Origin: an uncultured Alphaproteobacteria bacterium
GTDB taxonomy: Bacteria; Pseudomonadota; Alphaproteobacteria; HIMB59
DNA: 64,000 bases
Reading direction: 5' to 3'
NCBI GenBank assembly: GCA_902575065.1
Contig: CACGPU010000005.1
Span: 7,901 to 71,900 of the forward strand
This document shows, piece by piece, positions 19,480-28,953 of the stretch. Both the position numbers and the translations under genes were made by a program. The notes beneath the pieces were generated by a model. It had not been told where the DNA came from. It saw nothing but the letters and a program-made list of their open reading frames with translations, and made no database searches. Position 1 is the stretch's first letter, and each line of letters starts with the position of its first letter.

Positions 19480-20466
19480 TTTTAAAACTTTTTCAGTGAT
19501 CTCAAGGTCTTTTAAAAGTTTCCTGTCGGGTATGAGTTTATTTTTCTTTAATTCAGAATGGTAAAGTTTTACAGCATCCTTAGTTTTAATGTTACTTTCA
19601 ACAACTTCTCTCATAATTTTTACTAATAAGATAGGATCTTCAGCTAAGTTAATTTTTCTCCCAAACAAAGCTACTTTTGCACCATATTGACTGGCTTTTT
19701 TAATTAATTCAAAACAATCTCTTGTCGTGCCCTTGCTACCCCCAAGAATACCAACAATAAGATTTTCAGGATCGAAGCTGGCTAGCTCCTCCATTGCTTT
19801 TGGACCATTGTAAGCTATTTTCAAAAAAAGAGGTCTCTCATCCTTAGTTTGCCCAGCTATTGCTTTTATAATGCAATCGTTAATGTAATCACCCATTTGT
19901 CTTATGTTCATATTTAGATCAATCGGGGAATTAAATACTTCTAAAAAATGTTTAAATTTATATTTAGAAGCCTCAATTCTATATTCTTTATAGGCATTTA
20001 ACATTGCAAGGTCATAGTCAACATTATTAGAAAATGTTATAGAAAATAAACCAAGATTAACTAATTTACTTACTTTGTTCATTTGAGCAGACCGAAAAGG
20101 TCTAGGATTAGTTTTTCTATAATTTCCATTTCTCATCAGCCAGATATCAGTCGTATCATTCATTCTAATAGCAGGTGTAATACTTGAATTTTTAAATAAA
20201 TTTCTTTTTACAAGATCTTCACCAACTGATGCAGACATCAGCATAATATCTACTAAATTAGATTTAGTCATCGATATCATTGCATTTTTGTAATCTACTA
20301 GATTTTTATATCCTTTTAGTACTTTTCCATTTTCATTTCTTTTTGATCCAGGTGTTGTGATACCCATTGCTAGATCGCCATCTTTAGCATCTGCTATAAT
20401 GAAGTCTCTTGGAGAATATTTATTATTTTTTATTCTAAGAATTTTTTGATCTAAAGACTTTTTCAT
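19474..20466 (-). CDS. uncharacterised class I aldolase-like TIM-barrel protein
   Basis: FLEVF, candidate Schiff-base Lys in FLKIAYNG, VGILGG and GAKVALFGRKI resemble DeoC/FbaB/LacD motifs. Confidence 0.6.
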   Translation of the reverse strand: MKKSLDQKILRIKNNKYSPRDFIIADAKDGDLAMGITTPGSKRNENGKVLKGYKNLVDYKNAMISMTKSNLVDIMLMSASVGEDLVKRNLFKNSSITPAIRMNDTTDIWLMRNGNYRKTNPRPFRSAQMNKVSKLVNLGLFSITFSNNVDYDLAMLNAYKEYRIEASKYKFKHFLEVFNSPIDLNMNIRQMGDYINDCIIKAIAGQTKDERPLFLKIAYNGPKAMEELASFDPENLIVGILGGSKGTTRDCFELIKKASQYGAKVALFGRKINLAEDPILLVKIMREVVESNIKTKDAVKLYHSELKKNKLIPDRKLLKDLEITEKVLKL

Positions 20467-20526
20467 AATTTGATTATACTCAATTCTAAAAATAGAAAAT
20501 AGTTTTATTCTCTATATAATATAAAA

Positions 20527-21981
20527 ATGTATTTAGGTATTGATCTTGGTACTTCTTCGATGAAGTGTTTGCTACTTGGAGAAGAACAAGAAATTTTGTT
20601 TAGTGTAAATAGCGAAGATATACCACTGTCCACTCCTCAAAATGGCTGGTCAGAACAAGATCCATCATTTTGGATAAAAGCGTTAGATCAGTGTATCAAA
20701 CAAATTGTTTTGAAATTTGATTTATCTCAGATCAAAGCTGTATCTTTTTCCGGACATATGCATGGTGCAACTTGTATTGATAAAAATTATAAGGTCATAA
20801 GGCCATGCATACTTTGGAATGATACACGTAGTTTTAAGCAGTGCAGTCAAATTATGGCTGACGAGACTGTTATGGATATAGCTGGAAATATAGCAATGCC
20901 TGGTTTTACATCACCAAAAATCTTATGGATGAAAGAACACGAAAGTGAAAATTTTAATTCAATTGCAAAGGTTTTATTGCCGAAAGACTATTTAAGGTTT
21001 TATTTAACAGGAGAGTTTTTTAGTGATTTGTCAGACGCAGCAGGCACTTATTGGTTAGATGTAAAAAATAGAACTTGGTCTAATAAACTTTTAGATATCG
21101 GCTCAATGGATATCTCGCAAATGCCTAAAACTTGTGAGGGTACCGATCAAACAGGTGTAATAAACAAAGAGATTGCAGAAAGATATGGCTTTAATAACTC
21201 TTGCAAAGTATTTGGTGGAGCAGGAGATAATGCTGCCGCCGCTGTTGGATTAGGGCTTTACCAAGAGGGAAATGCTTCATTATCTTTAGGTACTTCTGGT
21301 GTAATTTTTGGCTCAACAAAAAATTTTTTAAAAAATTATGATGATGCGATACATTCCTTTTGCCACTGCTTACCAGAAACATGGCATCTCATGTCAGTGA
21401 TGCTCTCTTGTACCTCAAATGTTAATTGGTTTATAAATAATTTTAATTCATCAATTGATGAGATTAATAAAGTGTTAAGTTCTGTTTTAAATAATTTTTC
21501 TGATATAAATAGATACCCTTATTATCTTCCTTATCTCACAGGTGAAAGAACCCCAATTAATGACCCTCATATAAGAGCAAGTTTTCACGAAATGGGTATT
21601 GACACTCATCGAGATACATTAATATATAGTTTAATAGAAGGTATTTCTTTTGGTTTATATGATAATTATTCTTCCTTAGTTAAGACAGGTATAAAGTTAG
21701 ATAACATCTTTGTAATAGGAGGTGGTTCTAAAAATGATAGCTGGATACAAATACTTGCTTCATTGATGGAGAGAGATTTATCTATAACGGATGCTTCAGA
21801 TACAATGGCTGCTTTTGGGGCTGCTAGAATAGCATTTCTTGGTTACAATAATTTAAAACCAAGTGAAGCCCTTAGTCTTCCAAAAGTCAAAAAAATTATA
21901 GGCAAGAATGAAATTCAAACGGATATCTTAAAAGACAGATTTTTAAGGTGGAAAAACTTTTATTTAGGAAAAAATGTCTAG
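20527..21981 (+). CDS. xylB: xylulokinase
   Basis: YLGIDLGTS, SGHMHG, ILWNDTR, PGFTSPK, LLPKDY, GAGDNAAAAVG, SFCHCLP, PYLTGERTP. Confidence 0.92.
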   Translation: MYLGIDLGTSSMKCLLLGEEQEILFSVNSEDIPLSTPQNGWSEQDPSFWIKALDQCIKQIVLKFDLSQIKAVSFSGHMHGATCIDKNYKVIRPCILWNDTRSFKQCSQIMADETVMDIAGNIAMPGFTSPKILWMKEHESENFNSIAKVLLPKDYLRFYLTGEFFSDLSDAAGTYWLDVKNRTWSNKLLDIGSMDISQMPKTCEGTDQTGVINKEIAERYGFNNSCKVFGGAGDNAAAAVGLGLYQEGNASLSLGTSGVIFGSTKNFLKNYDDAIHSFCHCLPETWHLMSVMLSCTSNVNWFINNFNSSIDEINKVLSSVLNNFSDINRYPYYLPYLTGERTPINDPHIRASFHEMGIDTHRDTLIYSLIEGISFGLYDNYSSLVKTGIKLDNIFVIGGGSKNDSWIQILASLMERDLSITDASDTMAAFGAARIAFLGYNNLKPSEALSLPKVKKIIGKNEIQTDILKDRFLRWKNFYLGKNV

Positions 21982-22612
21982 TAACCAAAGAATAGAATTC
22001 CCTGAATTATTAAACAAAATACTAGAAAATGTTATTAAAATTAATCAAAGTCGTTATTTTATTGCAATTGCAGGAGCGCCAGCATCTGGAAAAAGCACAA
22101 TATCTGAGAAAATAAAGTCTGAACTAATATCTAAAAACCACAAATCAAGTGTTCTTCAAATGGATGGTTTCCATCTAGATAATAATATTCTTGAGAAAAA
22201 AAAATTGATTGAGAGAAAAGGGGCACCAGAAACATTTGATGTACTAAGTTTATTAAATTGTTTATTAAGATTAAAAAATGAGGGTGAAGTAATTGTTCCT
22301 ATCTTCGATAGATCATTAGAACTATCAAGATCATCTGCATTAGTCATATCTGAGAATACAAAAATTATAATAGTAGAGGGTAATTATTTATTGCTTGATC
22401 AAGAACCATGGAGAAAAATTCATAATTTTTTTGACACAACTATAATGATTGATTGTAATAAAGATATTTTAGAAAAAAGATTAATTGAAAGATGGGAGAG
22501 TTATGGGCTATCTAATGATCAAATTAAAAATAAAGTTTATAAAAATGATCTTCCAAATGGATTAAATGTTATTAGTAAAAGTATTTCTGCTGAATTTAAT
22601 TTAATAAACTAA
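21974..22612 (+). CDS. frcK: FrcK/YggC-like P-loop kinase
   Basis: AGAPASGKST, MDGFH, RKGAPETFD, VEGNYLLL; adjacent to frcABC. Confidence 0.8.
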   Translation: MSSNQRIEFPELLNKILENVIKINQSRYFIAIAGAPASGKSTISEKIKSELISKNHKSSVLQMDGFHLDNNILEKKKLIERKGAPETFDVLSLLNCLLRLKNEGEVIVPIFDRSLELSRSSALVISENTKIIIVEGNYLLLDQEPWRKIHNFFDTTIMIDCNKDILEKRLIERWESYGLSNDQIKNKVYKNDLPNGLNVISKSISAEFNLIN

Positions 22613-23373
22613 TCTTGAGGTGGTTGCTTAGCACCTGTCATATATGCGACTGCATCAGACATTTCATGTTTCTTTGGGTCAATTACACATAATCGGGTTC
22701 CAAGTCTATGAATATGTATTCTATCAGCTACTTCAAACACATGAGGCATGTTATGAGAAATTAATATGATGGGAATTCCTCTAGACCTCACCTCACCGAT
22801 TAATTCTAAAACTCTTCTACTTTCTTTGACACCTAGAGCGGCAGTAGGCTCATCCATAATAACGACTTTAGTTCCAAATGATGTTGCTCTTGCAACCGCA
22901 ACACCTTGCCGTTGACCTCCAGACAATGTTTCAACTAATTGATTTATATTTTGTATGGTTAATAGACCAAGATCAGACAGTCGTTTTCTAGCTTCATCTG
23001 CCATTGCTTTTTTATCTAAAAATTTTAAAAAACTACCCATAAAGCCTTTTTGTCTAATTTCTCTTCCTAAAAACATATTATCAGTGATTGATAAAGCAGG
23101 TGAAAGTGCAAGGTTCTGATAAACAGTTTCGATACCTAATTTTCTTGCTTCTATGGGTGATGTAAAAGTAACTTTATTTCCATCAAGCAATATTTCACCA
23201 CTATCAGGTATAACAGCACCACATAACACCTTAATTAGTGTAGATTTTCCAGCACCATTGTCTCCAATTACTCCCAAAACCTCACCTGGATAAAGCTCTA
23301 AATCAGCACTATCGAGTGCAACAACTTTACCGTATTTTTTTGACAACTTATTTGCTACTAGCACTGGCTGCAT
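22609..23373 (-). CDS. frcA: fructose/mannose/ribose ABC transporter ATP-binding protein
   Basis: GDNGAGKS, LSGGQRQ, MDEPT. True start is probably ATG 23373 overlapping the frcC stop (TAATG); the track start of 23451 is too long. Confidence 0.9.
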   Translation of the reverse strand: MQPVLVANKLSKKYGKVVALDSADLELYPGEVLGVIGDNGAGKSTLIKVLCGAVIPDSGEILLDGNKVTFTSPIEARKLGIETVYQNLALSPALSITDNMFLGREIRQKGFMGSFLKFLDKKAMADEARKRLSDLGLLTIQNINQLVETLSGGQRQGVAVARATSFGTKVVIMDEPTAALGVKESRRVLELIGEVRSRGIPIILISHNMPHVFEVADRIHIHRLGTRLCVIDPKKHEMSDAVAYMTGAKQPPQD

Positions 23374-24467
23374 TATGCTGAGACCTTTCTTATCCATTGA
23401 TCTATTCCAACAGCTACTATAATAAGACAACCTAAAGCAAATCTTTGCCACAATACATCAAGACCTGCTATGGACAGACCTGAGCTAAATACACCCACAA
23501 TCAAAGCTCCAAATAAAGATCCAATTATAGTGCCCCTTCCACCAAAAAGAGATGTTCCACCTATCACAACAGCTGTGATGGAGTCTAAGTTACCCTCATA
23601 AAAAGATGTTGGAGACACTGAACCAACTCTACCTATGGAAACCCATGCTCCAATAGCAACAACAAGACCAGCAACAGCATAAATTGATACTAACATCCTA
23701 TCAGTTCTAATACCTGATAACTCAGCAGCCTCCTTATCATCGCCAATTGCGTAAACATGCCTCCCCCAAGCAGTTTTATTGAGTAAAAACCAGAGAAAAA
23801 CGAAAATACCAATCATGAGGAACGCACCGTAAGTGAATACAAAACCCCCAAGATTTATTCTCTCACCCCAAAAGTGCAGAAGAGGAGCATTTACTTCAAT
23901 ATCGGAGCTTCTAATAGATTGAGATCCAGTAAAGAATATTACTAGTGCAAAAAATATATTCCAAGTTCCTAAAGTAACTATAAACGGAGGCAATCTTAAG
24001 CGGGTTACCAGTAACCCATTGAAAGCACCTGTTGCAATACCAGAGATAAACCCTACCGCTATTGCTGGGAGGGTTGGAACTCCCATTTCAACAGAAAGCT
24101 TACCCATAAATACTGATGCTAAAACCATCATTGCAGCAACACTTAAATCAATTCCAGCAGTTAATATTATTAAAGTTTGAGCAGCTGCAAGAATACCGAC
24201 AATTGTAACTTGTTGTACAATCAGAGATAAATTAAAAGCAGAGAAAAATTTTCCTCCAGCGATGAAGCCGAATGCAATAACGCTTAATATTAAAATAATA
24301 ACAGGAACTATTGTTGGATTACCGTGAAGAAAATGTTGAATTTTTTTTAGTGTAGTTTGTTCACCTAAATCAAAAGAGTGATGATCTTGATCTTTTTCAC
24401 CTATATCAGTTGTGAATTTAGGTTGATCTTTTAGATCTTTAGAAATGTCATCAGAAACTTTATTCAT
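23373..24467 (-). CDS. frcC: fructose ABC transporter permease
   Basis: QTLIILTAGIDLSV, LPPFIVTLG, WGRHVYAIGD, VIGGTSLFGGRG, DQWIRKVS. Confidence 0.9.
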   Translation of the reverse strand: MNKVSDDISKDLKDQPKFTTDIGEKDQDHHSFDLGEQTTLKKIQHFLHGNPTIVPVIILILSVIAFGFIAGGKFFSAFNLSLIVQQVTIVGILAAAQTLIILTAGIDLSVAAMMVLASVFMGKLSVEMGVPTLPAIAVGFISGIATGAFNGLLVTRLRLPPFIVTLGTWNIFFALVIFFTGSQSIRSSDIEVNAPLLHFWGERINLGGFVFTYGAFLMIGIFVFLWFLLNKTAWGRHVYAIGDDKEAAELSGIRTDRMLVSIYAVAGLVVAIGAWVSIGRVGSVSPTSFYEGNLDSITAVVIGGTSLFGGRGTIIGSLFGALIVGVFSSGLSIAGLDVLWQRFALGCLIIVAVGIDQWIRKVSA

Positions 24468-24484
24468 TTAAAAAATATCATAAC

Positions 24485-24510
24485 TTCAGGGCAGAATAAT
24501 CTGCCCTGAA
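24485..24510 (-). terminator. stem-loop between frcB and frcC (partial terminator / mRNA stabiliser)
   Basis: Perfect 11-bp stem TTCAGGGCAGA-ATAA-TCTGCCCTGAA. Confidence 0.75.
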
Positions 24511-24526
24511 TAATAAAATTATTGGA

Positions 24527-25561
24527 TTAACCCCAACATCTATCCATGCCTTCTTTGACACTAATTGATGGAACTCCGCTAGCAGCATCATCTGTGACTA
24601 AGTTCACACCAGTGTTAAAGAAGTCAAGACCTGGAGTATTTTCAGGCTTTGAACCATCTTCAGCCCAAGCTTTAATCGCCTCAACACCAAGTGAAGCCAT
24701 TAACAATGGGTATTGCTGAGATGTAGCACCTATAATTCCTCTTTCAACGTCAGCCACACCTGGGCAACCTCCGTCAACTGAAGCAATAAGAACGCTACCA
24801 TCATCTTTTCCAACTGCTTTTAATGCCTCATAAGCACCAACAGCTGCTGGTTCATTAATAGTGTATACAACGTTTATGTCTGGATCTTTTTGTAGACATT
24901 TTTCCATTGCAGTTCTTCCACCTTCTTCGTTACCGTTTGTAACTTCATTACAGATAATTCTTGGATCATCCTCATCTCCCCATCTGGAAACATCTTTTAC
25001 ATCGATTCCAAATCCAGATAAGAAACCTTGATCTCTAAGAACACCAACAGAAGGTTGACTCTCGTTAAGGTCTAACATTGCAATTTTGGCATTAGCAGCA
25101 TCTGCTCCTAACTTTGCAGCAACCCAAGCTCCACCTAACTCACCTGCCTTGAAGTTATCAGTTGCAAAAGTAGAGTCTGCAGCTGTAATTGGCTCTAGTG
25201 GTGTGTCAAGAGCAATGACTAGTAAACCATTATCTTGAGCATTTTTTAATGGAGTAACAATAGCTTTTGTGTCAGATGCAGCAATTAAAATACCTTTTGC
25301 ACCTGAAGCAATACAAGTCTCAATAGCTCTTACTTGAGTCTCATGGTCACCATCAACTTTACCCGCAAAGAATGATAATTTGACACCTAATTCATTAGCT
25401 CTCGCTTCTGCTCCTTCTTTCATTTTAACGAAGAAAGGATTGATGTCTGTTTTTGTAATTAAGCAAGCTTCAACAGCGTGGCTTCCTGCTTTTGCTGGCA
25501 TAGTAGCAAAAGTAAAAGCAACAGCCATAAGTGAAGCTAGAACTAGAGATAATTTTCTCAT
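24527..25561 (-). CDS. frcB: fructose/mannose/ribose ABC transporter substrate-binding protein
   Basis: Signal peptide; [41 protein letters not shown]-terminal CWG, all typical of FrcB. Confidence 0.92.
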   Translation of the reverse strand: MRKLSLVLASLMAVAFTFATMPAKAGSHAVEACLITKTDINPFFVKMKEGAEARANELGVKLSFFAGKVDGDHETQVRAIETCIASGAKGILIAASDTKAIVTPLKNAQDNGLLVIALDTPLEPITAADSTFATDNFKAGELGGAWVAAKLGADAANAKIAMLDLNESQPSVGVLRDQGFLSGFGIDVKDVSRWGDEDDPRIICNEVTNGNEEGGRTAMEKCLQKDPDINVVYTINEPAAVGAYEALKAVGKDDGSVLIASVDGGCPGVADVERGIIGATSQQYPLLMASLGVEAIKAWAEDGSKPENTPGLDFFNTGVNLVTDDAASGVPSISVKEGMDRCWG

Positions 25562-25589
25562 AGTTATTTCCTCCTATATATAGTCATAT

Positions 25590-25608
25590 TCACAATATCC
25601 TATTGTGA
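25590..25608. promoter_or_regulatory. inverted repeat upstream of frcB, candidate operator
   Basis: TCACAATA-TCC-TATTGTGA, perfect 8-bp arms. Confidence 0.5.
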
Positions 25609-25637
25609 TGTCAACATGCTAGCTAAATTTTAATTTT

Positions 25638-27113
25638 TTAGTCTTGATTTTTCACGAAATGTTTATCAACTATTTCTTTCCATGAACTAAAAGAATTTCT
25701 TATAGAGTCATCTTTATTAGGAATAATTTTAGAGTCTTTCACCTTAAAATCGTTTAAACCAGTGGTATTTTTTAAATTATGATAATACTGCATTCCAAAA
25801 AGTAACGCACCATACGATGACATATCCTCCATTTCAGGGATATTTAACTCAATTTCTAAAAGGTTACTAATAATTTGAAGGAAAAACTTATTTTTTATCA
25901 TACCACCATCAATGGATAAATTTTTTAAATCAAGATTTCTTGATTTTTTCATAAACTCTAAATACACCACCACTTGATAAGCAACAGACTCTAATCCAGC
26001 TCTGACCAAATGATTGGTATTTGTAGATGCACTTATTCCAAAGAATGCAGCCCTAGCGTCTGATATCCAAAATGGAGGACCTAGCCCTGAAAAGGCAGGT
26101 ATTAGATAGACTCCATTATTATCTTTTTCTTTTTTTGATAAGACTTCACTATCCTCAGGCTTATCAATTAATTTTAAATTGTTTTTAAGCCATGTAATCG
26201 TTCCTCCAGCGAATGAGTTTAGGCACTCTAATGCATAGATATTCTGTTTATCACTTGTGAAAGCCAGGGAGGTTAGTGAATTTTCATCGATAATCATCTC
26301 ATTGCCAATGTTTGTTTGAATGTTAAAACCAGTTCCTGTCGTGATTTTAGTATCACCTTTATCAAAACAAAAATTTGCAAAAAATGAAGCTTGCGCATCA
26401 CCAGCAACTCCAATTATAGGTATTAACTTTTTAAATGCTTTATTAAAATCACTCTCTCCAAAAATATTTGAACTATTGAGTATTTTTGGAAGTTTCAAAT
26501 TATTGCAATTAAAAATATTTAATAAATTTTGATCCCACGAATTTTCTAAACAATTAAATAATAAGGTTCTTGATGCATTTGTAGTATCAGTCACATAAGA
26601 ATTTAGGTTTGTAAGTCTATAGATGAGATATGTTTCGATTGTTCCAAATAAGATATCCCCATTGTCAATTTTCGATTTAACTTCTGATTTGTTCTCATAA
26701 ACCCATTTTAATTTACTGCCAGAAAAAAAAGTATTTGGTTTAAGACCAGTTTTATCAATAATTTCATTATTTTTTGACTTATCGTTTAGAATATCCTCAC
26801 AAATTTTTTGACCTCTAGTGCACTGCCAAACAACTGCATTATGTATTGGTTTTCCATCTTTTTTATTAAAAAGTGTAAATGTTTCTCTTTGGTTAGTTAG
26901 ACTGATGAATTTAGGATTTGACATAATTTCTGATGCCTTTTTAACTAACTCTAATAAGTTTTGATAAATTTCTTCTAAATCGTGTTCAATATAACCTTCA
27001 TCTGTAATTATTTGCCGGTGTCCCTTTTGAAATCTTTTTACGATCTCTAATTTTTCATTAAAAACAATAACTGTTGTAGATGACGTACTTGAGTCAATAG
27101 TTATATAACTCAT
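25638..27113 (-). CDS. FGGY-family kinase (glycerol kinase-like; candidate apulose kinase)
   Basis: TNQRET, VWQC, TDTTNASRT, PAFSGLG. Diverges from GlpK signatures (DSSTS, GDAQA, KITTGTG). Operonic with split transketolase. Confidence 0.75.
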   Translation of the reverse strand: MSYITIDSSTSSTTVIVFNEKLEIVKRFQKGHRQIITDEGYIEHDLEEIYQNLLELVKKASEIMSNPKFISLTNQRETFTLFNKKDGKPIHNAVVWQCTRGQKICEDILNDKSKNNEIIDKTGLKPNTFFSGSKLKWVYENKSEVKSKIDNGDILFGTIETYLIYRLTNLNSYVTDTTNASRTLLFNCLENSWDQNLLNIFNCNNLKLPKILNSSNIFGESDFNKAFKKLIPIIGVAGDAQASFFANFCFDKGDTKITTGTGFNIQTNIGNEMIIDENSLTSLAFTSDKQNIYALECLNSFAGGTITWLKNNLKLIDKPEDSEVLSKKEKDNNGVYLIPAFSGLGPPFWISDARAAFFGISASTNTNHLVRAGLESVAYQVVVYLEFMKKSRNLDLKNLSIDGGMIKNKFFLQIISNLLEIELNIPEMEDMSSYGALLFGMQYYHNLKNTTGLNDFKVKDSKIIPNKDDSIRNSFSSWKEIVDKHFVKNQD

Positions 27114-28051
27114 TTGTTAAGTAAGTCTTTTGATATTTCAGCTATCTTTTCTGGACTCATATCATAATGATCTAATACATCAGCTTGAGATCCATTAATC
27201 ATATATTCATCAGGTATTCCAAGTATTTTGAGTTTTACATTTATATTGTTTTGAGCAATTAGGCTCGCACAACATTCACCAAGTCCTCCAAATATACTAT
27301 GTTCTTCGACTGTTAAAATTGCCTTAGAGTTTTGAGAAAATTCTATAAATGTCTCTTTATCAAAGGGCTTTATTGTATGCATACTGATAATTGAGCAATA
27401 AATATTACTTTTTTTTAAAATTTCACTTGCCAAGTATGCTCGTTGCAAAGTTTCACCAGTTGCTACAATTGTTAAATCCTCTCCTTTTTTTACCACAATA
27501 GATTTTCCAATTTTAAATTTTGTGCCTGGAGGATGAATATCCATCATTGGTTTTTTCCCATACCTAATGTATAGGGGATGATTATATGAAATAGCTTGTT
27601 TTATAGCTTCGGCTGCCTCAAAGTTATCCGCAGGTGCAACTATTGTCATGTTATTTATTGCTCTTAAAGTAGCAAAGTCATGGATGGAGTGATGCGTAGA
27701 TCCTAGCTGTCCATAACTTATTCCTGCACTAATACCTATTAACGAAACATTTAGGTCAGAGTAAGCAACATCATTTTTTATTTGCTCTAAAGCCCTAGCA
27801 GTTAGAAAACTTGCAGGTGATACTCCAAATACAATCTTTCCCCCCGCAGCCAATCCTGATGAAACTCCAACCAAATTTTGTTCAGCAATGCCAACTTCAA
27901 TGATTTGATTAGGCAATTCTTTACCAAAAGGAACCAATTTACCTGATCCTCTCGAGTCACTAGTAACAACTATAATATTTTTATTTTTCCTTGCCTCTTT
28001 AAGTAGTGTCTCAGAAAAGACCTCAAGATTTGGTTTACCAATTTTATTCAT
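27110..28051 (-). CDS. transketolase C-terminal subunit (apulose-4-P transketolase B-like)
   Basis: TSDSRGSG, EVGIAEQNLVG, RALEQIKND, YGQLGSTHHS, VEEHSIFGGLG. Confidence 0.85.
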   Translation of the reverse strand: MNKIGKPNLEVFSETLLKEARKNKNIIVVTSDSRGSGKLVPFGKELPNQIIEVGIAEQNLVGVSSGLAAGGKIVFGVSPASFLTARALEQIKNDVAYSDLNVSLIGISAGISYGQLGSTHHSIHDFATLRAINNMTIVAPADNFEAAEAIKQAISYNHPLYIRYGKKPMMDIHPPGTKFKIGKSIVVKKGEDLTIVATGETLQRAYLASEILKKSNIYCSIISMHTIKPFDKETFIEFSQNSKAILTVEEHSIFGGLGECCASLIAQNNINVKLKILGIPDEYMINGSQADVLDHYDMSPEKIAEISKDLLNK

Positions 28052-28871
28052 AAGAATTTAGTTTCTCATTTAACTCTGAGATAGCGCTTTCATATTCATC
28101 CTTACTCGGTACTTTGTGGTGCCAGTTAATCTGATTTTCAATAAAACTTACACCCGATCCTTTAGTTGTTTTTGCAATTATTACAGTTGGCTTATTTTCC
28201 TTAACGGGGACATGCTGAAATACATATAAAAGATCAGAAATATTATTTCCATTAGTAGAAATAGTTTCAAAACCAAAAGACTTAAATTTTTTATCAATTG
28301 GTTCAATAGGATTTACATCTTCAGTTTTTCCAGTTATTTGTAAATCGTTTCTATCAACAATTACAATTAAATTATCTAAGTTATATTTTGAGGCAGTAGT
28401 ACAAGCCTCCCAAACGGAACCCTCTGACAGCTCTCCATCTCCCAATAAAGAGAACACTTTATTGTTTTTTTGATCAATTTTTTTGCATATTGCTAAACCC
28501 ACAGCGACTGAAAGACCATGACCAAGGGCTCCAGTATTATGTTCAATCCCAGGTACCTTTTTTGTAGGGTGACCAATAAAGTGTGAATTAAATTGATTCA
28601 AGGTATTTAAATCTTTTTTTGAATAAAAACCGCAATCACATAATACTGTGAATAATGCTTCCACAGAGTGTCCTTTACTTTGAATAAAATGATCACGATC
28701 CAAGTTCGGAAAATTTTTGGGAGAAATGTCCATAACTGAATTGTAAAGAACATTCAAAATATCAATACAAGAAAGACTCCCCCCAGTATGACCTGCACCA
28801 GATTGAAAAATTATTTCAAGAATAGTCTTTCTATACTCTAATGATTTCTTTTTTAAATTTTTCTCATTCAT
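28044..28871 (-). CDS. transketolase N-terminal (TPP-binding) subunit (apulose-4-P transketolase A-like)
   Basis: GHTGGSLS, SKGH, TGALGHGL, GDGELSEGSVWEA..DRN, WHHKVP. Confidence 0.88.
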   Translation of the reverse strand: MNEKNLKKKSLEYRKTILEIIFQSGAGHTGGSLSCIDILNVLYNSVMDISPKNFPNLDRDHFIQSKGHSVEALFTVLCDCGFYSKKDLNTLNQFNSHFIGHPTKKVPGIEHNTGALGHGLSVAVGLAICKKIDQKNNKVFSLLGDGELSEGSVWEACTTASKYNLDNLIVIVDRNDLQITGKTEDVNPIEPIDKKFKSFGFETISTNGNNISDLLYVFQHVPVKENKPTVIIAKTTKGSGVSFIENQINWHHKVPSKDEYESAISELNEKLNSYE

Positions 28872-28953
28872 AGCGAATAGATAAAGAATATCCCCTTTCT
28901 AGGCTTGATCAATTATTATATATTACATTTAGTAAGGTAGGAGGTAATAAGAC

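Noticed and set aside
22609-23451. Long overlaps implied by ORF-track starts (frcA 23451, GldG 57733, 61512, 62953)
   Set aside because: Downstream starts give standard TAATG coupling or proper signal peptides, so the overlaps are artefacts.
25638-27113. Annotation as glycerol kinase glpK
   Set aside because: GlpK signatures DQGTTS, GDQQA and KNTYGTG are altered; no glpD/glpF; context is isomerase + transketolase.
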